Positions 11,287 through 20,164 are shown, numbered from the stretch's first letter. The stretch is DNA of 32,000 nucleotides from Pseudoalteromonas translucida KMM 520 (GCF_001465295.1 NZ_CP011034.1:1170001-1202000), one strand, 5' to 3'. The notes: a model not told the origin generated them from the sequence alone. Numbers and translations: made by a program.

Positions 11287-11864
11287 CACTTGAATGATAA
11301 AAATATGCTGAGTGGGGTTTTTATAAACAACTAGTAATGTTTGGAGTTTGTTTTATCGACAAATCAATGCTTAGTGTTTAAATAAACAGCGTATTATCTG
11401 TTTAGGCCTAGATAGTTAATGTCTAAAATCAAGAAAGTAATAAGCCAATTTATTTTAACTTAGTTGCTATGTGCTTTTATTGATCATAAAGCGCAGCTTA
11501 ATAAAGTAATCATTTATGTTACAAATTTAGACGTAATTAAATCGCCTTTAAATTAAACCAATTTTAATCTGCAAAAAACAACGCGATCTAATAGTGCGTA
11601 AAGTGGTTGTTATGCCAAGGCATAAAGTAAGGATACGCTATTGAACGATGAACTAAATATGCCAAGTTGAATTTGCATATAAATGTATACCTTTTCTATG
11701 CTCGATAAAAATTAAAACAAGTAGAGCAGGGGTTATCTAATCATCCAGCCATAATTTATAATACGCTCAAGGAGCTAATTTACTGTAAATTGTCCATTTT
11801 AGCCTGCTTGGTAGCCAGTTTGTTGAAAAATAAACCATTTAAATAAAGCAGAACAAAAAACTGT

Positions 11865-11893
11865 TGACTTTATTTTGGGTGGTGCATAGAATG
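11865..11893 (+). promoter_or_regulatory. sigma70 promoter of the tRNA-Ala/Glu array
   Basis: TTGACT (11865-11870), a 17-nt spacer and TAGAAT (11888-11893), then discriminator GCGCCCCGC. An A-rich UP-like tract lies upstream. Confidence 0.75.
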
Positions 11894-11947
11894 CGCCCCG
11901 CACTAAGCAATACACGACGTGTTTATCACAGCGTGTGTAAATAAGTT

Positions 11948-12023
11948 GGGGCTATAGCTCAGCTGGGAGAGCGCTTCGCTGGCAGTGAAGAGGTCTGCGG
12001 TTCGATCCCGCATAGCTCCACCA
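11948..12023 (+). tRNA. tRNA-Ala (anticodon GGC)
   Basis: GGGGCTATAGCTCAGCTGGGAGAGCG-CTTCG-CTGGCAG-TGAAG-...GGTTCGATCC...CTCCACCA, with the G3:U70 context preserved. Confidence 0.93.
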
Positions 12024-12060
12024 ACTTATTAGTGTTTGTCCTAGGGTAGCAGTTTTCTGT

Positions 12061-12136
12061 GTCCCCATCGTCTAGAGGCCTAGGACACCGCCCTTTCACG
12101 GCGGTAACAGGGGTTCGAATCCCCTTGGGGACGCCA
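12061..12136 (+). tRNA. tRNA-Glu (anticodon TTC)
   Basis: GTCCCCATCGTCTAGAGGCCTAGGACACCGCC-CTTTCAC-GGCGG...GGGGACGCCA; near-identical to enterobacterial tRNA-Glu as I remember it. Confidence 0.95.
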
Positions 12137-12280
12137 CTTAGCTTTAATTAGTTAAAGGCGGTTTTACCGAGAAAATAGCGTCACAATTAAAGCTCGAGTC
12201 TTTACTTGTATTAAACGCAATTACCTTAAAGCTCAGGATGTGAGTTAAACTAATCAACTGTCCTAGTGATACATTTATGT

Positions 12281-12356
12281 GTCCCCATCGTCTAGAGGCC
12301 TAGGACACCGCCCTTTCACGGCGGTAACAGGGGTTCGAATCCCCTTGGGGACGCCA
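12281..12356 (+). tRNA. tRNA-Glu (TTC)
   Basis: Identical copy. Confidence 0.95.
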
Positions 12357-12534
12357 CTTACTATTTAATAGTCAGTGCAGTGTTATTAAGAAAGCTCGCC
12401 TGAAACGAGTCTAAAAATTCAGTTGTCCTAGTGACACAGAAAATGTTTCTGAGAAGATAATGCCATTCGCCTCACAGGCTCGGTCTCATCTTACACAGAA
12501 ATAGCAAATCAATGATTTGCAAACCAATTTCTGC

Positions 12535-12610
12535 GTCCCCATCGTCTAGAGGCCTAGGACACCGCCCTTTCACGGCGGTAACAGGGGTTCGAATCCCCTT
12601 GGGGACGCCA
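12535..12610 (+). tRNA. tRNA-Glu (TTC)
   Basis: Identical copy. Confidence 0.95.
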
Positions 12611-12703
12611 CTTACTTATTTTTAATAGGGAAGTGCAGTGTTATTAAGAAAGCTCGCCTGAAACGAGTCTAAAAATTCAGTTGTCCTAGTGACACATTTC
12701 TGT

Positions 12704-12779
12704 GTCCCCATCGTCTAGAGGCCTAGGACACCGCCCTTTCACGGCGGTAACAGGGGTTCGAATCCCCTTGGGGACGCCA
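12704..12779 (+). tRNA. tRNA-Glu (TTC)
   Basis: Identical copy. Confidence 0.95.
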
Positions 12780-13330
12780 CTTACTTATTTTAAGTATTGT
12801 ATAAAGCAGTGTGATACCACACTCTCTATTCATGACATTATCAAGAAAAATTATATCTTGTAAATGCCGCTTAATTTATTTAATAAGCTAGTGTAGTGTT
12901 ATTAGAATAAAGTTATAAGTTACTATCCTCATTCTATATTTTCATATCTATCTATTTATACTTCGTTACAAAACCAATATTACAATTGTTTCATATTCCT
13001 TGTTGTACTTTTAATTAGCCTTTAAACTCAAGCCGTTGATAAAAATATTGCTACAGAAACATCATTCCAAGCGTAACACTTATTGAATCAGTGAAATAAA
13101 ACGCGATTAAAATCACTATACCGTATAAAAAATACAAACTAAATAATGGGTTAACTATAGTTTTGTCACATGATCTTGCCCCAAGTTTTGTTAAACAGCG
13201 CAACAAAATAGTGAGCAATATTAGTAAAGCTGAGATCAATACATTAGCGGCTTTTTTGTTCTATTCAGTGCCAATAAAGCTGTTAATAGCTATTATAAAG
13301 ATAAATGTCCAACTCATTAGGAGGTTATAT

Positions 13331-13597
13331 ATGGCAAGTGGATGGGCACGAGAAGGTGCAGTTCAAGATCAAATAGACGCAAGTGTTAACGATGCCGTTC
13401 AGTACGCTCGCAGTAACTTGGCTTCAGGAGCAAGTGCTGAGTTGTGCGAAGAATGTGATGCTGCGATCCCTCAAGCGCGTAGATTGGCGTTACCCGGTGT
13501 TCGCTATTGCGTTACATGCCAGCAAGCAATAGAAGGTAAGAGCGCAACAGCAGGGGCTTTTAATCGCCGAGGCAGTAAAGACAGTCAACTGCGCTAA
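13331..13597 (+). CDS. ybiI: DksA/TraR-family C4 zinc-finger protein (YbiI-like)
   Basis: 88 aa starting MASGWAREGAVQDQI, CEECDAAIPQARR...RYCVTCQ, C-terminal NRRGSKDSQLR. A TAGGAGG SD lies 7 nt upstream of ATG 13331. The longer 13163 start has no support. Confidence 0.85.
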   Translation: MASGWAREGAVQDQIDASVNDAVQYARSNLASGASAELCEECDAAIPQARRLALPGVRYCVTCQQAIEGKSATAGAFNRRGSKDSQLR

Positions 13598-13621
13598 AAA
13601 AGGTGCTAAAAGCACCTTTTT
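13596..13621. terminator. bidirectional terminator between ybiI and gloA
   Basis: AAAAAGGTGCT-AAAA-AGCACCTTTTT: a perfect stem flanked by an A-run and a T-run. Confidence 0.75.
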
Positions 13622-13650
13622 AATTAAAAAAAACTTGTTTAGATACAAAT

Positions 13651-14052
13651 TTAAAAACGACTTATATCTTCTTTTTTCTGAATAAGCTCAATTGCATAGC
13701 CATCGGGGTCTTTTACAAAAGCAATTTCAGTGCTGCCGCCTTTTACCGGGCCAGGCTCACGACTCACATTACCACCGGCTGCTTTAATATCGGCGCAGGT
13801 TTGGTAAATATCGTCAAACTCAATTGCAATATGTCCATAAGCATTGCCTAAGTCGTAACTGTCGTGATCCCAGTTATAGGTTAGCTCTAATACCGTATTG
13901 TCTTTTTCGTCTCCGTAACCAACAAAAGCTAAGGTATAACGATATTCTTCGTTATCTGCACGGCGTAACTCTTTCATCCCAAGTACTTTGGTATAAAATT
14001 CGATTGATTTTTCTAAATCAGCAACACGTAACATAGTGTGTAATAAACGCAT
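13651..14052 (-). CDS. gloA: lactoylglutathione lyase (glyoxalase I)
   Basis: [26 protein letters not shown]...YNWD...GHIAIE...[13 protein letters not shown], the typical GloA VOC fold pattern. Confidence 0.9.
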   Translation of the reverse strand: MRLLHTMLRVADLEKSIEFYTKVLGMKELRRADNEEYRYTLAFVGYGDEKDNTVLELTYNWDHDSYDLGNAYGHIAIEFDDIYQTCADIKAAGGNVSREPGPVKGGSTEIAFVKDPDGYAIELIQKKEDISRF

Positions 14053-14349
14053 TTAAGCACCCTTGAATTGTCTTTAAATTTTAAAAATACTGTTACAACA
14101 TGACTAAGGCTGTGCAAAATAGCGCTTATTATAATAGTAAGCTAAAACTCATTTTTATAATATATCTCATGTTTGCTTAGCAACTACTTTGGCAATACAC
14201 AGAGTAAAGCACTGCAATTTGAGACTCAAAATATAATTGTGTATTCAGCGCAGGCCTTAAAATATAACAGTAGTAAGTCTTGATGCACATTCTATGGTTT
14301 TCATATAGATTTGCAATACATCTAGGTTGCACAACCTCTTAAACAACTT

Positions 14350-14800
14350 CACTATGGCATTTATTTAGCGTGCAGAATCTAATTGCTCTGTTTCTACAAA
14401 GGCGCAAGCTTAGTTGAGGTATTAAAAGCAATAAAAACACCTGGCGAAGCTTAAAGTAGGTACAGGTACAGTCATAAATACAGCTATACTAGAGCAAGTA
14501 TGTGCAGTGGGTACCGATTTAATAGGTACAACTGCTACGTAACCAAAATCACTCAGCGAACTTGTTAACTGTAATGTGCCTGTATTACCCGGTGTTTTTA
14601 ATACCGTGATATTATGGCGTTAAAATACAGCTTTGATGAGCAAAAACATTTTCCGCCATCTTTGTGTGATGGTATTGATTTTTTATCGGCTGTATTTTTT
14701 GCTCTGTTAGTTTTTGCCGTAACAGGCGTTGCTAAAAAGGGTGAGTAGAGCAACAAAACTGGCGAGCAATTACAGATGCTTGTATAAAAGCTTTAAAACA
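14350..14800 (+). pseudogene. eda: decayed KDPG/KHG aldolase gene (eda remnant)
   Basis: Broken frames read GASLVEV, KLKVGTGTVINTAILEQVCAVGTDLIGTTAT*, VPVLPGVFNT, KHFPP...G..FLSA...TGV and ATKLA. These are colinear with E. coli Eda ([54 protein letters not shown]...TGG, ITKLA) but carry stops, frameshifts and deletions. Confidence 0.5.
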
Positions 14801-14814
14801 GTAAGGAACCAATA

Positions 14815-15897
14815 ATGAATTATTTAGCTACAACTATTCAACCCGGCGTTATAGTTGGCGATGAAGTAAGTGCGGTATATAAGCATGCCCGTACAAATCA
14901 ATATGCATTACCTGCAGTTAACGTTGTTAGTACCTCGTCTATAAATGCAACTCTTGAAGCCGCGCAAACAATGAAGTCACCGGTTATCATTCAACTTTCA
15001 AATGGTGGAGCGCAGTTTTTTTGTGGTAAGGGCTTGTCGCTACCTGAACACCAAGGGGCTGTACTTGGCGCGGTTAGTGCTGCTAAGTATGTTCATTCTG
15101 TTGCTAAGCATTATGGTGTAGCGGTTATGCTGCATACCGATCATGCTTCAAAAAAATTATTACCTTGGATTGATGGTTTATTAGATGAAGGCGAGCAGCA
15201 TTTTGCACTTACTGGCAAGCCGCTTTTTAGTTCGCACATGATCGATCTTTCAGAAGAATCTTTAGAAGAAAACATTGAAATATGTGAGCGTTACTTAGCG
15301 CGCATGGCAAAAATAGGCATGACCCTGGAAATTGAACTAGGGTGTACCGGTGGTGAGGAAGACGGGGTAGATAACTCTCATCTCGATAGCTCTGCGCTTT
15401 ATACTCAACCAGAAGATGTAGCTTATGCTTACGAGCGCTTAAGTCGTATTAGTCCAAACTTTATTATAGCGGCGTCATTTGGCAATGTTCATGGGGTATA
15501 TAAACCCGGCAATGTTGTGCTTACTCCTACTATATTAAAAGACTCACAGGCCTATGTAGCAAAACAATTTGGCTTAGAGCATAACGCAATCAATTTTGTA
15601 TTTCATGGCGGTAGTGGCTCTGAGTACGATAAAATTGCAGAGTCGTTAACATACGGCGTAGTAAAAATGAATATTGATACAGATACGCAGTGGGCGTGTT
15701 GGAACGGTATTTTAAATTATTACCAAAACAAACAAGCGTATTTACAAGGGCAAATTGGTAACCCAGATGGGGACGACAAGCCTAATAAAAAATATTATGA
15801 CCCTCGCGTATGGCTTCGTCATACAGAGCAACATATGGCTGCAAGGCTAGAGCAGTGTTTTAACGATCTAAATTGTGTAAATCGGTACAGCTCATAA
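14815..15897 (+). CDS. fbaA: class II fructose-bisphosphate aldolase
   Basis: Long identical blocks with E. coli FbaA from memory (LHTDHASKKLLPWIDGLLD, GKPLFSSHMIDLSEESL, MTLEIELGCTGGEEDGVDNSH, ASFGNVHGVYKPGNVVLTPTIL, KMNIDTDTQWA). Confidence 0.95.
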   Translation: MNYLATTIQPGVIVGDEVSAVYKHARTNQYALPAVNVVSTSSINATLEAAQTMKSPVIIQLSNGGAQFFCGKGLSLPEHQGAVLGAVSAAKYVHSVAKHYGVAVMLHTDHASKKLLPWIDGLLDEGEQHFALTGKPLFSSHMIDLSEESLEENIEICERYLARMAKIGMTLEIELGCTGGEEDGVDNSHLDSSALYTQPEDVAYAYERLSRISPNFIIAASFGNVHGVYKPGNVVLTPTILKDSQAYVAKQFGLEHNAINFVFHGGSGSEYDKIAESLTYGVVKMNIDTDTQWACWNGILNYYQNKQAYLQGQIGNPDGDDKPNKKYYDPRVWLRHTEQHMAARLEQCFNDLNCVNRYSS

Positions 15898-15939
15898 AAA
15901 TAGCTTGTTAGTAAGCTAAGCTGAATTAGCCGGTGTTTT

Positions 15940-15966
15940 AGGCTCAACAGATCTGTTGAGCCTTTT
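15940..15966 (+). terminator. rho-independent terminator after fbaA
   Basis: AGGCTCAACAG-ATCT-GTTGAGCCT followed by TTTT. Confidence 0.7.
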
Positions 15967-16131
15967 AATACTAATAATGCCGTTTTCTATTACTAAACTA
16001 TTTACTCGCTAAATAAAATACAGCTAAACATTAAAATAGTAATTACTGAGTGGCAGCAAAAAATTATCTCAATAACGCTTTATACAGCAGCAATGCCTAG
16101 CGACACTGCTGCCCAGTAAAAAGACTATAAC

Positions 16132-18039
16132 CTACTTCTTAACCTTGCCTTTTAGAACATAGATCTCGCCATCGAAGCTTCCCTGAATCGTCAATCCTTG
16201 TCCCGCTAATTCTTTCAGATACTCTATATGATCTTCAGTGATATGCTGTCCCGGAACCAACAGTGGAATGCCAGGTGGATATGGCGTAACTAAACCGGCA
16301 CAAATGCGGTTGTTACTTTTGCTAATAGGCACAGATTCGCGCTCGCCATAAAAAGCATCGCTTGGAATACAAGCTAGGTCGATGGCAGGCAAATTCTCCG
16401 GCAAGCGGGAGCGACGCGACGATGTTGAGAGCTTCACCTTACCGCTGTCGAGTTTTTTTAATGCATTGTACAGACGAATGATCTTCGAACGTGTGCCTCC
16501 AAGCGTCAGTAAAACCAAGATGGTGCTGTGGGTGTATTTTTCTATTTCTAGCCCAATTTCATCTAGCAGGAATTTATGAATATCCTTTAATGAATAAGGT
16601 AATTGACTAATGTCGATGAGAATTTTTAGTGGATCATGGCCCATATTGTCTCCGCTAAAATGCGGAAATATTTCCATAAAGTCTTGCTTACCAAGCACTT
16701 TAATATGGTTAAGCGAGGCCATTTGTTGTTTAAATTCTTCCACATGTTTTAACAAGGCATTGAGCAGCTTATAGCCTTCCATTTCTAACTGCTTTTGGCA
16801 CACGTCAAGTGACGCTATAAGTTGATACTTCGGCGATGTGCTGGCGTAAATACTGTAAATCTCTCGAAAGAAATCGGCATCAAAATCAGGATCGTTAATA
16901 TGAATATAAGACGCCTGAGAAAACGCCGATACCACTTTATGCGCAGAATGGGTGATATAGTCGGCCCCAGCATGAATGGCAGAATAATAGCGTAAGCTGG
17001 GGTGAAAAAGGGAGTAAGCAAACCACGCTTCGTCGATAAACACTTTAATACCATGTTGATGGGCAAAAGCTACCACTTGTTTCAGATCGCTAAGTAAGCC
17101 ATCGTAAGTGCAACCAGTGAGAACCAGCAATTTTGCATCGGTATTTTGCTCGATCGCCTGCTTTATGTCGGCCAACGAAGGTGGCGCGAAGATCCCATAT
17201 TTAGGATTTAAAATACTCGATAAATAAATGGGAAAGCTAGCTGATTGCAAGATGCCATAGTGCACAGACTTATGACAATTTCGGTCGATGATTACTTTAT
17301 CGCCCTTGCGCAGCAGGGTCTGTAAAATGATTTTATTTGAGGTAGATGAACCGTTCGTAACGAAATAGGTATGCTTAACTTCAAACGTCGCCGCTGCTGA
17401 TTCTTGAGCACGGCCAATGGTATTGGTACTGTCTGACAATGAACCTAACGAATCGACTGAAACCGACAGGTCGCCAACAAATACATTACGGCCATAAAAC
17501 TGATAAAAATCTTTGATATAAGGGGAGTTTCTAAAGCTAGAACCGCCGCTATGGCCAGGTGTGTGCCATGAATCGTTTGCTTCGCCAACATAACGGCGAT
17601 ATGCCGTCCAGAATGGGGTTTCTCCTCGATCATCGAAGTCGTTGATCATATAACCTAAAATTGCTTCTGGGTCAGAAATCACCTCATCTTTAAAAAAGAA
17701 AGACTCAATTTCCCCCGACTCGTTAACTATTTCTAATCCTTTAGTGTCGTCGCCGATAACATACACAGGCAACTCGATACGGATCCCTTTTAACTGCTCG
17801 ATAAAGCGACTATATGTTCTCTCGCCCTTGTTGTGCACATCCCAACTGAGAACCACAGCTTGAATATCACCATCTTCTTCTACATATTCCAACGCTTGCT
17901 TGAGATCAAGACATTCAATTATGTCGATATGAACATCATTTCGCTCAAAATTAGGGATCGTTTTCGATAGATTCGTTGAAAGCTCTTGCAAGATGATAGG
18001 GTCTTGCTCAATTAACAAGATACGAAGTAAAGGTAACAT
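16132..18039 (-). CDS. Orn/Lys/Arg decarboxylase family PLP enzyme with N-terminal CheY-like wing domain
   Basis: 635 aa. The N-terminus ILLIEQDP... has a receiver-like fold. The major domain carries the PLP lysine motif SAHKVVSAFSQAS. Substrate cannot be assigned from sequence alone. Confidence 0.8.
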   Translation of the reverse strand: MLPLLRILLIEQDPIILQELSTNLSKTIPNFERNDVHIDIIECLDLKQALEYVEEDGDIQAVVLSWDVHNKGERTYSRFIEQLKGIRIELPVYVIGDDTKGLEIVNESGEIESFFFKDEVISDPEAILGYMINDFDDRGETPFWTAYRRYVGEANDSWHTPGHSGGSSFRNSPYIKDFYQFYGRNVFVGDLSVSVDSLGSLSDSTNTIGRAQESAAATFEVKHTYFVTNGSSTSNKIILQTLLRKGDKVIIDRNCHKSVHYGILQSASFPIYLSSILNPKYGIFAPPSLADIKQAIEQNTDAKLLVLTGCTYDGLLSDLKQVVAFAHQHGIKVFIDEAWFAYSLFHPSLRYYSAIHAGADYITHSAHKVVSAFSQASYIHINDPDFDADFFREIYSIYASTSPKYQLIASLDVCQKQLEMEGYKLLNALLKHVEEFKQQMASLNHIKVLGKQDFMEIFPHFSGDNMGHDPLKILIDISQLPYSLKDIHKFLLDEIGLEIEKYTHSTILVLLTLGGTRSKIIRLYNALKKLDSGKVKLSTSSRRSRLPENLPAIDLACIPSDAFYGERESVPISKSNNRICAGLVTPYPPGIPLLVPGQHITEDHIEYLKELAGQGLTIQGSFDGEIYVLKGKVKK

Positions 18040-18285
18040 AGGCGTTTTCGCAATAAAATTTCATAATGTTTAGTAGCATAACCAAAGGATTGATACTTGT
18101 GAAATTAATACTTTGAAAATGTTCTATTAAATGCGCAAAATCACGAATAAATAGATTTTATTTAAATTGACTTACAAGGTATGAAAAATCAAAGGTGACT
18201 AAAGTCAGGCACCTACTTTAATAAACAAAAAGTAATACTGGAATGCGCATTAATTATTGAGTTGAAGTAGCTCATATCTGACTTA

Positions 18286-18500
18286 CAGCTATGAGCGAGA
18301 AGCGGTCAGTCAGGGTTAATTGGCATTAACTAAGCACTAAAAGGGAACTTTTCCCTTTTTTACATAGTGAAATAACCTACAATAAGCATGATATTTATAG
18401 CTGGCAATAGGTTACGCTATTTGCTATTAATAAAAAATCATAAAATAAGGACGTTTTCGCGCTAAAATAGGGAAAGTGTTCTCTGCTAAAGCTGTTAGGC
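18286..18500 (+). repeat. cassette-junction module, copy A (ends in core site GTTAGGC 18494-18500)
   Basis: Aligns by eye along its length with 19172-19388. Contains terminator 18341-18361, an ATATTTATAGCTGGCAAT box, a TTTGCTATTAAT box and hairpin 18449-18481. Confidence 0.7.
18341..18361 (+). terminator. rho-independent terminator inside module A
   Basis: AAGGGAA-CTT-TTCCCTT followed by a T-run. No plus-strand gene lies upstream of it. Confidence 0.55.
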
Positions 18501-18525
18501 GATAATTCATAGGTATATTTACAAT

Positions 18526-19134
18526 ATGTCAGAAGCACAGGGGTTCCTAGATTCAATTCAATGTTTTGATTTATGGTTATTTAAAGCTGATGGGTTACTT
18601 ACTGCCGCATTAGAATTAACAAAGTCATCAAATGCTTTACGTCAGGAACTATCCAGTGTTGCTGATACTCATAAAGGGCATGAAGAGCGCTGGCAAAACT
18701 CACTACATTTGAATGGTTCTGCGAGTTTATTATATGGGTATGCGCTTGAAACTCTGTTTAAAGGGATTCTGTTAAAGCACAAACCAGAGTCTATTGAATT
18801 AGAAATGACAATGAATGGTTCTGGTGAAATTGGCAGTGCAAAAATTAATAAACTTGGTGTTCAAATGAATAAAGGTCATGATTTAGTCGTACTAGCTAAT
18901 GAAATTGGTTTGTTTAAGTTAATTGAAAATCCGAAGCAAGCTAAAAAAACACTCAATTATTTAAGTGAGTGTGTAAAATGGAGATCAAGATATCCAGCAC
19001 CACAAGAGTCTAAGAAAAATAGACGTTTGACAGGTGAAGAAGCTACAGATTTTATGGTAAACAGTATTTTTATTCACTTTGACCCAATTTATTTAAAATC
19101 ACTAGAAATAGCAGAAAATGGGATCCCGGAATAA
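18526..19134 (+). CDS. HEPN-like domain protein (cassette 1)
   Basis: The pattern YALETLFKGILLK...KGHDLVVLANEIGL...LNYLSECVKWRSRYPAP matches the layout of classical HEPN domains (helix with E..lKa.L, tHdL..L, then ..RYP). Confidence 0.5.
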   Translation: MSEAQGFLDSIQCFDLWLFKADGLLTAALELTKSSNALRQELSSVADTHKGHEERWQNSLHLNGSASLLYGYALETLFKGILLKHKPESIELEMTMNGSGEIGSAKINKLGVQMNKGHDLVVLANEIGLFKLIENPKQAKKTLNYLSECVKWRSRYPAPQESKKNRRLTGEEATDFMVNSIFIHFDPIYLKSLEIAENGIPE

Positions 19135-19135
19135 T

Positions 19136-19388
19136 GCTCTAACCGTCCGCCGTTGGCACTTTTACGAAGTTCGGCTGTGAGCGAGTAGCTGTCATTCAAG
19201 TGGATCGTCATTAACTTAGTAAGAATAAGAGGACACCTTCCTCTTTTTTACATGTTTATATAAATAACAGAAAGCATAATATTTATAGCTGGCAATGACT
19301 TAAACTGTTTGCTATTAATGTAAGTTCGAAAAATAAGGACGTTTTCACGCTAAAAAAGGGAAAGTGTCCTCTGATAAAGTTGTTAACC
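19136..19388 (+). repeat. cassette-junction module, copy B (ends in core site GTTAACC 19382-19388)
   Basis: 19172-19388 aligns with module A, and 19145-19196 aligns with 22693-22743. Contains terminator 19227-19249 and hairpin 19337-19369. Confidence 0.7.
19227..19249 (+). terminator. rho-independent terminator after cassette-1 ORF
   Basis: AAGAGGA-CACCT-TCCTCTT followed by TTTT. Confidence 0.65.
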
Positions 19389-19414
19389 CTTTAAGCATAC
19401 AACGGAGATGTATC

Positions 19415-20134
19415 ATGCTGAGCCATTCATTTGAAGATCTAGCACAAACCTTTAGAGTTCTTATCGAGGCGCAATTTAAATTAGGTCAATTGATCACTAT
19501 AGATCGACCCGAAGCTGTTGGGAATATTGAAACTTCAGTAAATGCTATGTTGAATGCTTTTTCTAATCTATACGACTTAATGCAGCAAGAGCTTGATTCA
19601 CCCGTAGATTGGTATGCAACGCCTGAGTTATGTGTAATTCTTGCCATTAGAAATGCAAGACACCATAACAATGCCAATCGAATTAGAACAATTTATAATT
19701 ACCATGTTCAGAATTCATCTTCTCCAACAGATACATCTAAATACTTTTATGTAAATTTCCCTGCTAATCCAAATGAAGAGGGAGGTGGCTTCTTTGATGT
19801 TGGTATTTCTTGGGGAGATTTATCACTACTATTAGATATGCCTAGAAGCCAATCTAGGTTAAGAAGTAGTGCGAGAGAATTAATTCGTAACTACCTCAAT
19901 GCAGATCAATTTGAAGCTGACGCAGTTGCAGCTGGCTTAACAAATGATGACATTTTCATAAATTTTGTGCCTTTGGCTACAAATGCAGGAATAGCTTTAT
20001 CTCCATATATTCGAGACCATATACAGGCAGCTTCAACAGAGGCTACTGCATTTTTATCTCACTTTGAAAATGTAGCTCCTGCAATTACACAAAGCCATGA
20101 TAGTGAAAAAATAGAATTTATGCTCCCTGCCTAA
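19415..20134 (+). CDS. hypothetical protein with RNxxHH (Rx4H) motif (cassette 2)
   Basis: ATG 19415 is preferred (GGAG 6 nt upstream; the 19364 start would read through the core site). Motif LAIRNARHHNNANR. No other recognisable domain. Confidence 0.55.
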   Translation: MLSHSFEDLAQTFRVLIEAQFKLGQLITIDRPEAVGNIETSVNAMLNAFSNLYDLMQQELDSPVDWYATPELCVILAIRNARHHNNANRIRTIYNYHVQNSSSPTDTSKYFYVNFPANPNEEGGGFFDVGISWGDLSLLLDMPRSQSRLRSSARELIRNYLNADQFEADAVAAGLTNDDIFINFVPLATNAGIALSPYIRDHIQAASTEATAFLSHFENVAPAITQSHDSEKIEFMLPA

Positions 20135-20142
20135 AAAGGGTT

Positions 20143-20164
20143 AACAACACGCCCTGAGGTGGAC
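20143..20164 (+). repeat. 22-mer AACAACACGCCCTGAGGTGGAC, copy 1 (left arm of an attC-like site)
   Basis: Exact repeat of 20692-20713. Directly follows inverse core GGTTAAC (20139-20145) and abuts the 3' end of IS remnant 1. Confidence 0.7.

Noticed and set aside
9814-12779. Regularly spaced ~76-nt repeats with unique-looking spacers, which could be mistaken for a CRISPR array
   Set aside because: The repeats fold as complete tRNA cloverleaves with anticodons TAC and TTC and encoded CCA. The spacers are themselves repeated. No cas genes are present.
13051-13330. 62-aa minus-strand ORF 13051-13239 and the 56-aa N-terminal extension of ybiI from 13163
   Set aside because: Both lie in a very AT-rich intergenic stretch and lack an SD. 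The ybiI homology and a strong TAGGAGG SD define the start at 13331. The small ORF cannot be excluded but has no support.
18395-18430. Possible sigma54 promoter (TGGCA ... TTGC) in the junction modules
   Set aside because: The GG-to-GC spacing is 18 nt rather than the required 10 nt, so it does not fit the -24/-12 geometry.
19364-19414. Long starts for the cassette ORFs (19364 for ORF2; TTG 21382 for ORF3)
   Set aside because: Both would read through the GTTRRRY core site and junction repeat. Internal starts at 19415 (ATG) and 21421 (GTG) have SD-like sequences at proper spacing.
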